A program made the position numbers and the translations under genes. Shown here in pieces: positions 18,701 to 24,126 of a DNA stretch of 35,541 nt. The DNA comes from Patescibacteria group bacterium (GTDB taxonomy: Bacteria > Patescibacteriota > Patescibacteriia > UBA1558 > S5-K13). The notes beneath the pieces were generated by a model. That model was not told the origin of the DNA, did not search any database, and saw only the letters and a program-made list of their open reading frames with translations. Within the stretch, counting starts at the first letter, position 1. Each line of letters begins with the position of its first letter. The stretch is taken from assembly GCA_028703545.1 (NCBI GenBank), contig JAQVMR010000001.1, positions 1 to 35,541 on the forward strand, read 5' to 3'.

Positions 18701-19224
18701 TTAGAGCGGATGCAAATCGTTTGTCAATAGAGCAACAAAGGGGTGTTGCTCAAGTTTCTCATAGAATTTTAATAGAGGATAGTGCTGGTATGAATACAGA
18801 GGATTTGAATAAACTAGCTCAATTTTTATCTACATCCCTGAGCTCTAATGTAAATAGAGAAGAGAGACAAACAATGTCTCGTGAGGCCTATAATGAATTA
18901 ATAGGAAGAGATGATATAGCACAGATAAATACAGCAGATTTATTGGTAAATATGGATTTAAATGATGCGGGGTTAGATCAGAGACAGCTTTTGGCAAATA
19001 TTAATCCAGTAGAAATTGGAAATATGGTTAGAACAGCAAATGATTTAGGTGGAGATAGAAAAACCATGGTTAATGATTGGTTGGGACAAATTAGGCCATT
19101 ATTAGATCAAATGCTTACCGGTAATCAACTAGAACAACAGAATGCTCAACGTATCATAGCAAGATTAGGCCAAATGCAGGGAGCGGCCGCTTTAAATACC
19201 ATGAATAATCTTGATTTATATTAG
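15703..19224 (+). CDS. Large polytopic membrane protein (1,173 aa), with a core possibly related to TrbL/VirB6-type channel proteins
   Basis: N-terminal signal/anchor, then at least 7 hydrophobic spans within residues ~30-365. A basic, coiled-coil-like region follows and contains three tandem repeats. A second Gly/Ala-rich hydrophobic patch is present (GAAAVFRRSLLATSFLAPFASALGGSFFAPLANLYG...AAAAAPGL). The ~340-aa tail is rich in Arg, Ala and Gln. The TrbL/VirB6 resemblance of the segment WKIARDICNMFFIFILLIISFATII...ILINFS is from memory and unverified. Confidence 0.75.
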   Translation: MINRDNKIYKTLRSIIQKFKNFENSLTRKRKIFYAISLFFICIFFCFPGATARATLMDAILNLLTNLFLTILSFLGWIATKLMIALVFFATWGKYTTGIHAVVEGWKIARDICNMFFIFILLIISFATIIGIESYSYKKWLGKVVIFSILINFSKMITGLLIDVSQIVMLTFVSGFKDATVGNFAKGLHLDQLMKKEAGTSSEEKNSSTSVFVTVVLACIMLVVLNVILVIMIVMLVGRILSFWILAILSPFAFLLQASPAGGKYANEWWQSLSKNLISGPILAMFIYLTMATIQNSVDADHNKVENLSEIGGVLDKDEENMGTSGATVGQYSLEKTSMILDFIIVIAMMIAAIRIAGSLGVMGSSFAGNMSNKLQKAGSSALKLGMAGVGAATGANYLAKRYRAYKEIRKDRKDQKAYQDAQKFMDRTGKMKQGVGKFMQNPLKSLSSDRNKVGRFFKGAEQKRQNVAKWASGTWAGRRAHDLNFAQKARERAEKSANAASHLSYARSMGVRNTQDIDNLENGLDTRRTNIDRDEAHFIEEYRNSHPGANITDIDQIDKGTLNEDQRVQLDNLNNNRKKIETEQGHIDGLRDLVGGLDVQEAEFINNYRNNNPTSTATDLSEIDRRTLTDQERNKLYSLMNQRTRYDQSGENKNLETLDDLYKRHNIKNEQKNSLDRQEAEFINNYRNNNPGVRITSLGDIDRTTLNDQQRTELAKLEKQRNKLGEVGPAINNYEDVLANTRILDETINHFQEKSEKSSRAAQGWTEFGTGAAAVFRRSLLATSFLAPFASALGGSFFAPLANLYGIHTATGGVYGALASSGASWSMAAAAAPGLTSDAGKALERSGQADVRDAANYLSNKVMDAAKKFEDMDTGMVERMRDDIKTSNVDYMAAQFQLLKRGLVGVDQIPQLLSDLQNRGADRNTLRSFEGEIRKQFPTEGRWLDAQGRPLLDGDRGSRQAEQMRLNGVGRVLEGINATGYTQEIIRNAIRESRTPAELRADANRLSIEQQRGVAQVSHRILIEDSAGMNTEDLNKLAQFLSTSLSSNVNREERQTMSREAYNELIGRDDIAQINTADLLVNMDLNDAGLDQRQLLANINPVEIGNMVRTANDLGGDRKTMVNDWLGQIRPLLDQMLTGNQLEQQNAQRIIARLGQMQGAAALNTMNNLDLY
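17302..17880 (+). repeat. Three tandem protein repeats (periods of 66 and 78 codons) in the 1,173-aa membrane protein
   Basis: The three units are RDEAHFIEEYRNSHPGANITDIDQIDKGTLNEDQRVQLDNL, VQEAEFINNYRNNNPTSTATDLSEIDRRTLTDQERNKLYSL and RQEAEFINNYRNNNPGVRITSLGDIDRTTLNDQQRTELAKL. Units 2 and 3 share a near-identical DNA block, caagaggcggaatttataaataattat, at 17503 and 17737 (234 nt apart). Confidence 0.9.
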
Positions 19225-19389
19225 AAATCAACAAAACAATCAACAAAATAATAATCAAGGCAATAATAGGCCATGACCACCAAGAAATCAACCAATTGAC
19301 GAAGGATTTGATTATAATAATCCAGATTATAATAATTTAAGAATTATTGATTAAAATCATTAAAAAAATTTATAAATGCGTATAATATA

Positions 19390-21210
19390 ATGCAAGAATT
19401 AAAACAAAATCAAAAAATTATAGAATCTATTTTAAGTAAGTTTAATTTAGGTTTAAATTTATATCATTTATTAGAGAGTATTCTGGATGGATATTTTTCT
19501 GATATTTTTGATTTTAATTTTACTATTGAAGATTTAATTAAAAATATAAAACTAGACAAACAAAAGGCGGTTGAACTTTTATTATACTCAGGTGCATTGC
19601 TTTCAGACACACTAGAAGATAAGAAATTAGAAGAATTAAATAAATTTGCAAAAGAAAATGGTTTTGATTTTGAAAAATTATTTGAGGATTCAATTAGCAG
19701 TCTTATTGATACAAGTATCGATGATTTTATAGATTATTCTTTATTAGACGATAATATTGACTCGACCTTAAAAATATTTCAGTACCATCTAATTTTAGCC
19801 ATACAAGAACAAAATAGTTTTGAATTATCAAGATTAGACACAATGATAATGACTCAATTAATGTTTGATCCAGATGTAAAAGACAAAATTCTAGAAGCAC
19901 TATCAAAAAACCAATATATTATTCAAGATAAAAAAATATCTGACTGGATAAAAGAGTTTGAAAGTATAATAAAAAAAGATTATAGGTCAAGCTTTATAGC
20001 AAAAAATAATTTTATCGATAATCAAAACTTAAATATAAAATATAAAAATTTATTGTCAAAGATTTTAGTTATGTATTTAAGGATAAAATTTTCTCCAAAA
20101 AGTTTTGATGATATTACAGAAACGGATTATTTTATAATTCCATATATTAAAGTTTTGTCAGGACAAATTGAAATTACAAACGAAAAAATTGTAAATATAT
20201 TAAAAGATAATTTATATAATTTGATAAATAGCGAAACAGGGATCGATCATGAAATTTTAAATGCTTTTATAGTTTCTGATATGGATAATGATGTTTTCAG
20301 AAGAGGAATTGAAGATGCATTATATAAAAATAGTGAACAAATAACAGACACAAAAATAAAATTAGAAGAAGCTGAAGTTATTGGCACAACAGCTAATTGG
20401 ATAAAAGATTATATAGAAAAAAATGGAATTGATAAATATGATGACATTGCATTTTCAACCTATATACTGGATTCAGAAAATACAAAAAATTTAAAAGAAG
20501 ATGAAAGAGAAATAGTAAAAAGATTATTGCAATTTTATTTGAATATGAAATTTTACTCACAGATTTTTGTTGGGATTGAGAGAGAAAAATGGACCATATA
20601 TCCTATAGAATTAAAGGAGGGAGTAAAAATAAAGAAGGTTTTTGTTCCAGAGTCGGTTGAAGAACGTATTCAAAAAATTCCAGAGAAAAAAGCTTCTAAC
20701 ATAGACACACTTTTAAATGCTTACAAAAATTTTGAATTAAGCTTTAAAAATTTAGAAACTCAAGTTACTAAAGACCTTAAATTAAAAAAAAGTACTGATT
20801 TAGATGAAGAATTTTTGAATTTTATAAATACAAATAAAGTAAAAGAAGCAATGGTTGTTTTGTCTTATGTGTGTAGTAATAATTTGATAAATATATTCTT
20901 TAAAGATAATAAAATTTTACAAAGAGATTTTAAGAAATTTTTAGAAAATAAATTTTCAGAAGATATGATAAATAATATTATAGGATTTTTTGGTACAGTT
21001 GAGTCAGTTAGTTTGTTCTTACAATTTTTATTAACAGAAAAATTGAGATTAATACCAAAAGATTCGGCGATTTTCGGAATGTATTTAGCTAACATATTTA
21101 AGAAATCAAAACAAGAAAAATATTTTCCCATTGTTTATGGTGATGTAAATTCTACTATGTTTATTTTTAGAGAAATAAAAGATGTTGCAGGAAAATTAGT
21201 AATAAAATAG
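19390..21210 (+). CDS. Hypothetical soluble protein (606 aa), last gene of the cassette
   Basis: Long uninterrupted ORF with no hydrophobic spans, no P-loop and no motif I recognise. The composition, rich in K/E/D/N/I/L, suggests a helical protein. A hairpin plus T-run follows the stop. Confidence 0.7.
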   Translation: MQELKQNQKIIESILSKFNLGLNLYHLLESILDGYFSDIFDFNFTIEDLIKNIKLDKQKAVELLLYSGALLSDTLEDKKLEELNKFAKENGFDFEKLFEDSISSLIDTSIDDFIDYSLLDDNIDSTLKIFQYHLILAIQEQNSFELSRLDTMIMTQLMFDPDVKDKILEALSKNQYIIQDKKISDWIKEFESIIKKDYRSSFIAKNNFIDNQNLNIKYKNLLSKILVMYLRIKFSPKSFDDITETDYFIIPYIKVLSGQIEITNEKIVNILKDNLYNLINSETGIDHEILNAFIVSDMDNDVFRRGIEDALYKNSEQITDTKIKLEEAEVIGTTANWIKDYIEKNGIDKYDDIAFSTYILDSENTKNLKEDEREIVKRLLQFYLNMKFYSQIFVGIEREKWTIYPIELKEGVKIKKVFVPESVEERIQKIPEKKASNIDTLLNAYKNFELSFKNLETQVTKDLKLKKSTDLDEEFLNFINTNKVKEAMVVLSYVCSNNLINIFFKDNKILQRDFKKFLENKFSEDMINNIIGFFGTVESVSLFLQFLLTEKLRLIPKDSAIFGMYLANIFKKSKQEKYFPIVYGDVNSTMFIFREIKDVAGKLVIK

Positions 21211-21252
21211 ATTATTGACATTTATATTACAATTATTTAATATCATATAGGG

Positions 21253-21282
21253 GTCGCCATTAATTATTAATCGCGACTTTTT
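21253..21282 (+). terminator. Candidate intrinsic terminator after the 606-aa gene
   Basis: The structure is GTCGC-c-ATTAAT-t-ATTAAT-c-GCGAC followed by TTTTT, 43 nt after the stop at 21210. The T-run abuts the ATG of the RAYT-like gene. The stem is short and mostly A/T, so support is weak. It could instead be a hairpin belonging to the HUH gene. Confidence 0.3.
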
Positions 21283-21804
21283 ATGTTAAAAATTAGTAGA
21301 AACTTTTATCCAGAAGTATTTTATCATATTTATAATAGAGGTGTTGATAAGAGAAAGATATTTTATTGTAGAAGGGATTATTTATTTTTTATAAATAGAA
21401 TTAATTTTTATAGGCGAGTAACAGGGGTTATTATTGTAAGTTATTGTTTGTTACCAAATCATTATCATTTTATTTTGCGTGAACCACCCCACCCAATGGG
21501 TGGTCTTCCACCCATTGGGTGGGGATATAAAACAAATGTAAATCCATTTTCAAATTTTAAAATTCCTAAATTTATGGGTCTTCTAGCCAATTCATATACA
21601 AAATATTTTAATAATAAAAAAGGACGATCTGGAAGATTATTTGAATTTGTTTTTAAGTCTAGAGAAATTAATAAAGAAAATCAATTAAGCAATGTTGTTA
21701 ATTATATTATTTTCAATCCGCTAAAGCATGGATTGGTAAATAATCAGAAAGATTGGAAATATACATTTGTTGATGATAAAAAAATAACCAATGTTTTGCA
21801 TTAG
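21283..21804 (+). CDS. IS200/IS605-type Y1 HUH transposase-like protein (REP-associated tyrosine transposase, RAYT-like)
   Basis: HUH motif in LLPNHYHFIL. The C-terminal catalytic-Tyr helix NYIIFNPLKHGLV matches the Y-I-x-x-N-P-x-x-x-G-L-V pattern of RAYT-like proteins. RSGRLFEFVFKS matches the conserved G-x-L-[FW]-Q-x-R-[FY] strand. The ORF is intact despite an in-frame palindromic insert at 21487-21524. Confidence 0.7.
   Translation: MLKISRNFYPEVFYHIYNRGVDKRKIFYCRRDYLFFINRINFYRRVTGVIIVSYCLLPNHYHFILREPPHPMGGLPPIGWGYKTNVNPFSNFKIPKFMGLLANSYTKYFNNKKGRSGRLFEFVFKSREINKENQLSNVVNYIIFNPLKHGLVNNQKDWKYTFVDDKKITNVLH
21487..21524. repeat. Perfect 17-bp G+C-rich inverted repeat with a 4-nt loop, in frame inside the RAYT-like gene
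   Basis: CCCCACCCAATGGGTGG tctt CCACCCATTGGGTGGGG. The right arm is the exact reverse complement of the left. 12 of 17 arm positions are G/C, in otherwise A+T-rich DNA. It encodes PHPMGGLPPIGWG. Confidence 0.95.
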
Positions 21805-21826
21805 TTATTTTTTATTTTATAAGGAA

Positions 21827-22387
21827 TTATTTTACTCTCTCTACGTAATCCCCGGTTTCTGTGTTTATTCTTATTGTGTCGCCTTCATTTACAAATAGAG
21901 GACATTTAATTTGTGCGCCGGTTTCTATGGTTACAAGTTTTGTGGCGCTTCCTGCTGTATCACCCTTTATACCGGGTGGAGCCGTAATAACTTTAAATTC
22001 CATTTTTGTTGGAAGTCCTATGTTTACTGATTTTCCATTGAATTTTAATATGTCAACTATTGTTCCTTCTCTTAAAAATTGGACTTGATCACCAATATCT
22101 TCTTTTAGAAAAGAGAATTGTTCAAAGCTTTCTTGATCCATGAAGTTGTAGTTATCCCCATCAGAATATAAGAAACTTGCTTTTGTTGTTTCTAAATTTG
22201 CTTCTTCAGCCTTATCTGATCCAGAAAAAGTTTTTTCAACAACAGAACCATTTATAAGATTTTTAAGCTTTGTGCGAAGCACAGCACCACTTCTTGCTTG
22301 TTTTGAATGTTGAGCTAAAACAACCTTATATGGTTGATCGTTTATAGCAATAATTTTTCCTAATTTGATTTCACTAAAATCTAACAT
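21827..22387 (-). CDS. efp: Translation elongation factor P
   Basis: EF-P pattern: G-x-I-I...QPYKVV...RTKLKNLINGSVVEKTF, a KOW-like N-domain and two OB-like domains. The track starts at a TTG at 22411. I prefer the ATG at 22387 (MLDFSEIKLGK...), which gives a standard length (186 aa) and puts the loop-tip residue at position 32. Confidence 0.9.
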   Translation of the reverse strand: MLDFSEIKLGKIIAINDQPYKVVLAQHSKQARSGAVLRTKLKNLINGSVVEKTFSGSDKAEEANLETTKASFLYSDGDNYNFMDQESFEQFSFLKEDIGDQVQFLREGTIVDILKFNGKSVNIGLPTKMEFKVITAPPGIKGDTAGSATKLVTIETGAQIKCPLFVNEGDTIRINTETGDYVERVK

Positions 22388-22412
22388 ATTTTTGTCTTTT
22401 AATAAATTCAAT

Positions 22413-22426
22413 CCCGCTTAAGCGGG
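22413..22426 (-). other. G+C-rich palindrome/hairpin between rpsR and efp
   Basis: CCCGCTTAAGCGGG is a perfect palindrome (5-bp GC stem, 4-nt loop). It sits 23 nt after the rpsR stop and 26 nt before the preferred efp ATG. No clean U-run follows on the minus strand. It could be an attenuator, a processing site or a weak terminator. Confidence 0.3.
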
Positions 22427-22449
22427 GTTGAAGTATAAAATAATTTAAA

Positions 22450-22674
22450 TTATTTTGTATATGGAAGAAGTGCCATAAATCTTGCTCTTTTTATAGCTGT
22501 CTCTAGTTTTCTTTGATGAGCTGAGCAAACTCCACTTCTTTTTTTTGGAACTATTTTTGCATAAGAACTTGTGAATCTTTGAATTGTTTGCGTATCTTTG
22601 AAATCAATAAAATCCACGTTGTTGTGGCAAAAATGACAATATTTTTTTTTGTTCATTGTTGTTGTTTTTTGCAT
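22450..22674 (-). CDS. rpsR: 30S ribosomal protein S18
   Basis: S18 pattern C-x-F-C...IDFKD...RFTSSYAKIVPKKRSGVCSAHQRKLETAIKRARFMALLPY. The track start at 22698 overlaps ssb. The ATG at 22674 lies 4 nt after the ssb stop. The ATG at 22656 (MNKKKYC) is an alternative. Confidence 0.9.
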   Translation of the reverse strand: MQKTTTMNKKKYCHFCHNNVDFIDFKDTQTIQRFTSSYAKIVPKKRSGVCSAHQRKLETAIKRARFMALLPYTK

Positions 22675-22678
22675 AGTT

Positions 22679-23101
22679 TTAAAATGGTATATCTTCAATG
22701 TTTATTTCTTCCTCATCTGCTTCAGATGTTTTTGCATCCGGAGTATTATCTTTTGTTGGTAGAGAATCCCCACCCCTTGAATCAAGCATTATCATATTAT
22801 CAGCAATTATTTCAGTTCTGTATTTTTTATTTCCATTTTGATCTTCCCAACTTCTTGTTTGTAATCTTCCTTCAAAATAAACCTTACTTCCTTTTTTTAG
22901 GTATTGTGCTATTATTTCGGCCAATTTTCTCCATGCAACTATATTATGAAATTCTGCCTTTTCTTGTTTTTGTCCATTTGCATCATTCCAGGTGTAATTT
23001 GTTGCAACAGTTAATGTTACGACTGTTTGTCCGTTTGGGGTTGTGCGAGATTCTGGATCGGCAGTTAGTCTTCCTATTATTGTAGCTTTGTTTAAATCCA
23101 T
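22679..23101 (-). CDS. ssb: Single-stranded DNA-binding protein
   Basis: OB-fold N-terminus MDLNKATIIGRLTADPESRTTPNGQTVVTLTVATN. A disordered acidic tail ends in the canonical DIPF tip. It sits in the classic rpsF-ssb-rpsR arrangement. Confidence 0.92.
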   Translation of the reverse strand: MDLNKATIIGRLTADPESRTTPNGQTVVTLTVATNYTWNDANGQKQEKAEFHNIVAWRKLAEIIAQYLKKGSKVYFEGRLQTRSWEDQNGNKKYRTEIIADNMIMLDSRGGDSLPTKDNTPDAKTSEADEEEINIEDIPF

Positions 23102-23129
23102 ATAATTTTATTTTAAATATTAAAACAAT

Positions 23130-23714
23130 TTAGAATTCGTCTTTATTTAGTATCTCATTTAATTTTTTATCAAGATCGTCTGACTTTTTTGTTTCTTCTG
23201 ATTCTTGATTTATTTCTTTGATTTCTTCTGCTTCTTGTTTTGCTTCTGGTGTTGATTCTAGTTCCCTTGTTTCTGTTTCTAATTTCTCTTCTTTTTTATC
23301 TTCTTCTTTTTTCTCAACTTTTTCTCTGTGTGGTTTTTCTTCTTTTTTTTGTTGTGAAATTTTTTCTCCAGATTTTAATTCTGTTTGATCTTTAACATTT
23401 TCTGGCTTTATTTGGGCAATATTTCTTGGTTTTGTTACGATTAAGTATCTTAATAGACTTTTATTAAGTTTTAAATCTTTTTCTATTGATTTTAAAGAAT
23501 TTGGTTCAGAATCAAATTCAATGACAAAATATGTGCCTCTTTGGCTTTTTTTGATTTCGTAGCTAAGTTTTTTTCTACCCAATTCTTGGCAGTAATTTAC
23601 TTCAGCGCCACTTGTCTTCATAGAAGTCTGAATTTCTTCAGTTATTCTATTATTTTCTGTATCAGGGATATTCCCATCAACAATAAAGGTTAGTTCATAG
23701 TGTGATTTACTCAT
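23130..23714 (-). CDS. rpsF: 30S ribosomal protein S6 with a long charged C-terminal extension
   Basis: The N-terminal ~95 aa match the S6 fold pattern (HYELTFIV...GRKKLSYEIKK...GTYFVIEFD...LLRYLIV). It is the first gene of the rpsF-ssb-rpsR operon. Residues ~100-194 form a low-complexity K/E-rich tail. Confidence 0.88.
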   Translation of the reverse strand: MSKSHYELTFIVDGNIPDTENNRITEEIQTSMKTSGAEVNYCQELGRKKLSYEIKKSQRGTYFVIEFDSEPNSLKSIEKDLKLNKSLLRYLIVTKPRNIAQIKPENVKDQTELKSGEKISQQKKEEKPHREKVEKKEEDKKEEKLETETRELESTPEAKQEAEEIKEINQESEETKKSDDLDKKLNEILNKDEF

Positions 23715-23749
23715 TGTTTTGTTATTTCTAAAAATTTAAGCTTAATAAG

Positions 23750-23778
23750 AATTTAGCATTAAAAAACACAAAAGTCAA
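23750..23778 (-). promoter_or_regulatory. Candidate promoter for rpsF-ssb-rpsR(-efp) (TTGACT, 17-nt spacer, TAAATT)
   Basis: On the minus strand, TTGACT lies at 23778-23773, followed by a 17-nt spacer and TAAATT at 23755-23750. This is 35 nt upstream of the rpsF ATG. Confidence 0.35.
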
Positions 23779-23831
23779 CCCCAAATTAAATTATTTGTAT
23801 GTTTTTGGGTTTTTCAATTATACTTATTAAA

Positions 23832-23840
23832 TGTTATAAT
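23832..23840 (+). promoter_or_regulatory. Candidate extended -10 promoter (TGtTATAAT) for the small ORF-gpmI pair
   Basis: TG at 23832-23833, one spacer base, then a perfect TATAAT at 23835-23840. It lies 25 nt upstream of the ATG at 23866, in the divergent intergenic region shared with rpsF. Confidence 0.35.
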
Positions 23841-23865
23841 AATATAGTAATTAATATTAAACAAT

Positions 23866-24126
23866 ATGGAAGAAATAAAACAAAAATCAGTTGAATGGTA
23901 TTTTCAAGAATTAAATGTCCCAGAAGATAAGAAAGAAAGGGTTTTAATGGCTATTACTGATATGGTTTATAAGTTGAATAAAAGAATAGTCGAGCTTGAA
24001 AAAGAGGAAGATGAATATAAGAGAAAAGAACTTCTAAAAATTATTGATGAGAGGGGTGCTCTTATAAAGGAGAAAATAAATCAAATTTTAGAGGGCAAGG
24101 AAGATAAAATTCTATATGACTACTAA
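23866..24126 (+). CDS. Small hypothetical coiled-coil protein (86 aa)
   Basis: Helical ORF rich in K/E, overlapping the gpmI start by 11 nt (possible translational coupling). An extended -10 element lies upstream. No motif recognised. Confidence 0.45.
   Translation: MEEIKQKSVEWYFQELNVPEDKKERVLMAITDMVYKLNKRIVELEKEEDEYKRKELLKIIDERGALIKEKINQILEGKEDKILYDY

Noticed and set aside
5645-21210. Calling the cassette a type IV secretion system or a conjugative element.
   Set aside because: Only a remembered resemblance of one membrane-protein segment to TrbL/VirB6 supports this. The window contains no VirB4/VirD4 ATPase, relaxase, pilin or integrase gene. The locus is therefore left as function unknown, with T4SS-relatedness as one hypothesis to test.
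22579-23085. 168-aa plus-strand ORF antisense to rpsR and ssb. Similar antisense or nested ORFs lie at 187-390, 1767-1949, 3124-3435, 15801-16175, 18365-18674, 20865-21131, 21861-22088, 24782-25045, 25444-25683, 30763-31062 and 34783-34974.
   Set aside because: Each overlaps a gene with clear family signatures on the other strand or in another frame. Their translations are runs of F/L/I/C/H typical of antisense reading of A+T-rich coding DNA.
23780-23809. Inverted repeat CCCAAA...TTTGGG with an 18-nt loop followed by a T-run, in the rpsF / small-ORF divergent region.
   Set aside because: No gene ends here because both neighbours diverge from this gap. The stem is only 6 bp with a large loop, and it overlaps the candidate promoters. 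It is most likely fortuitous.
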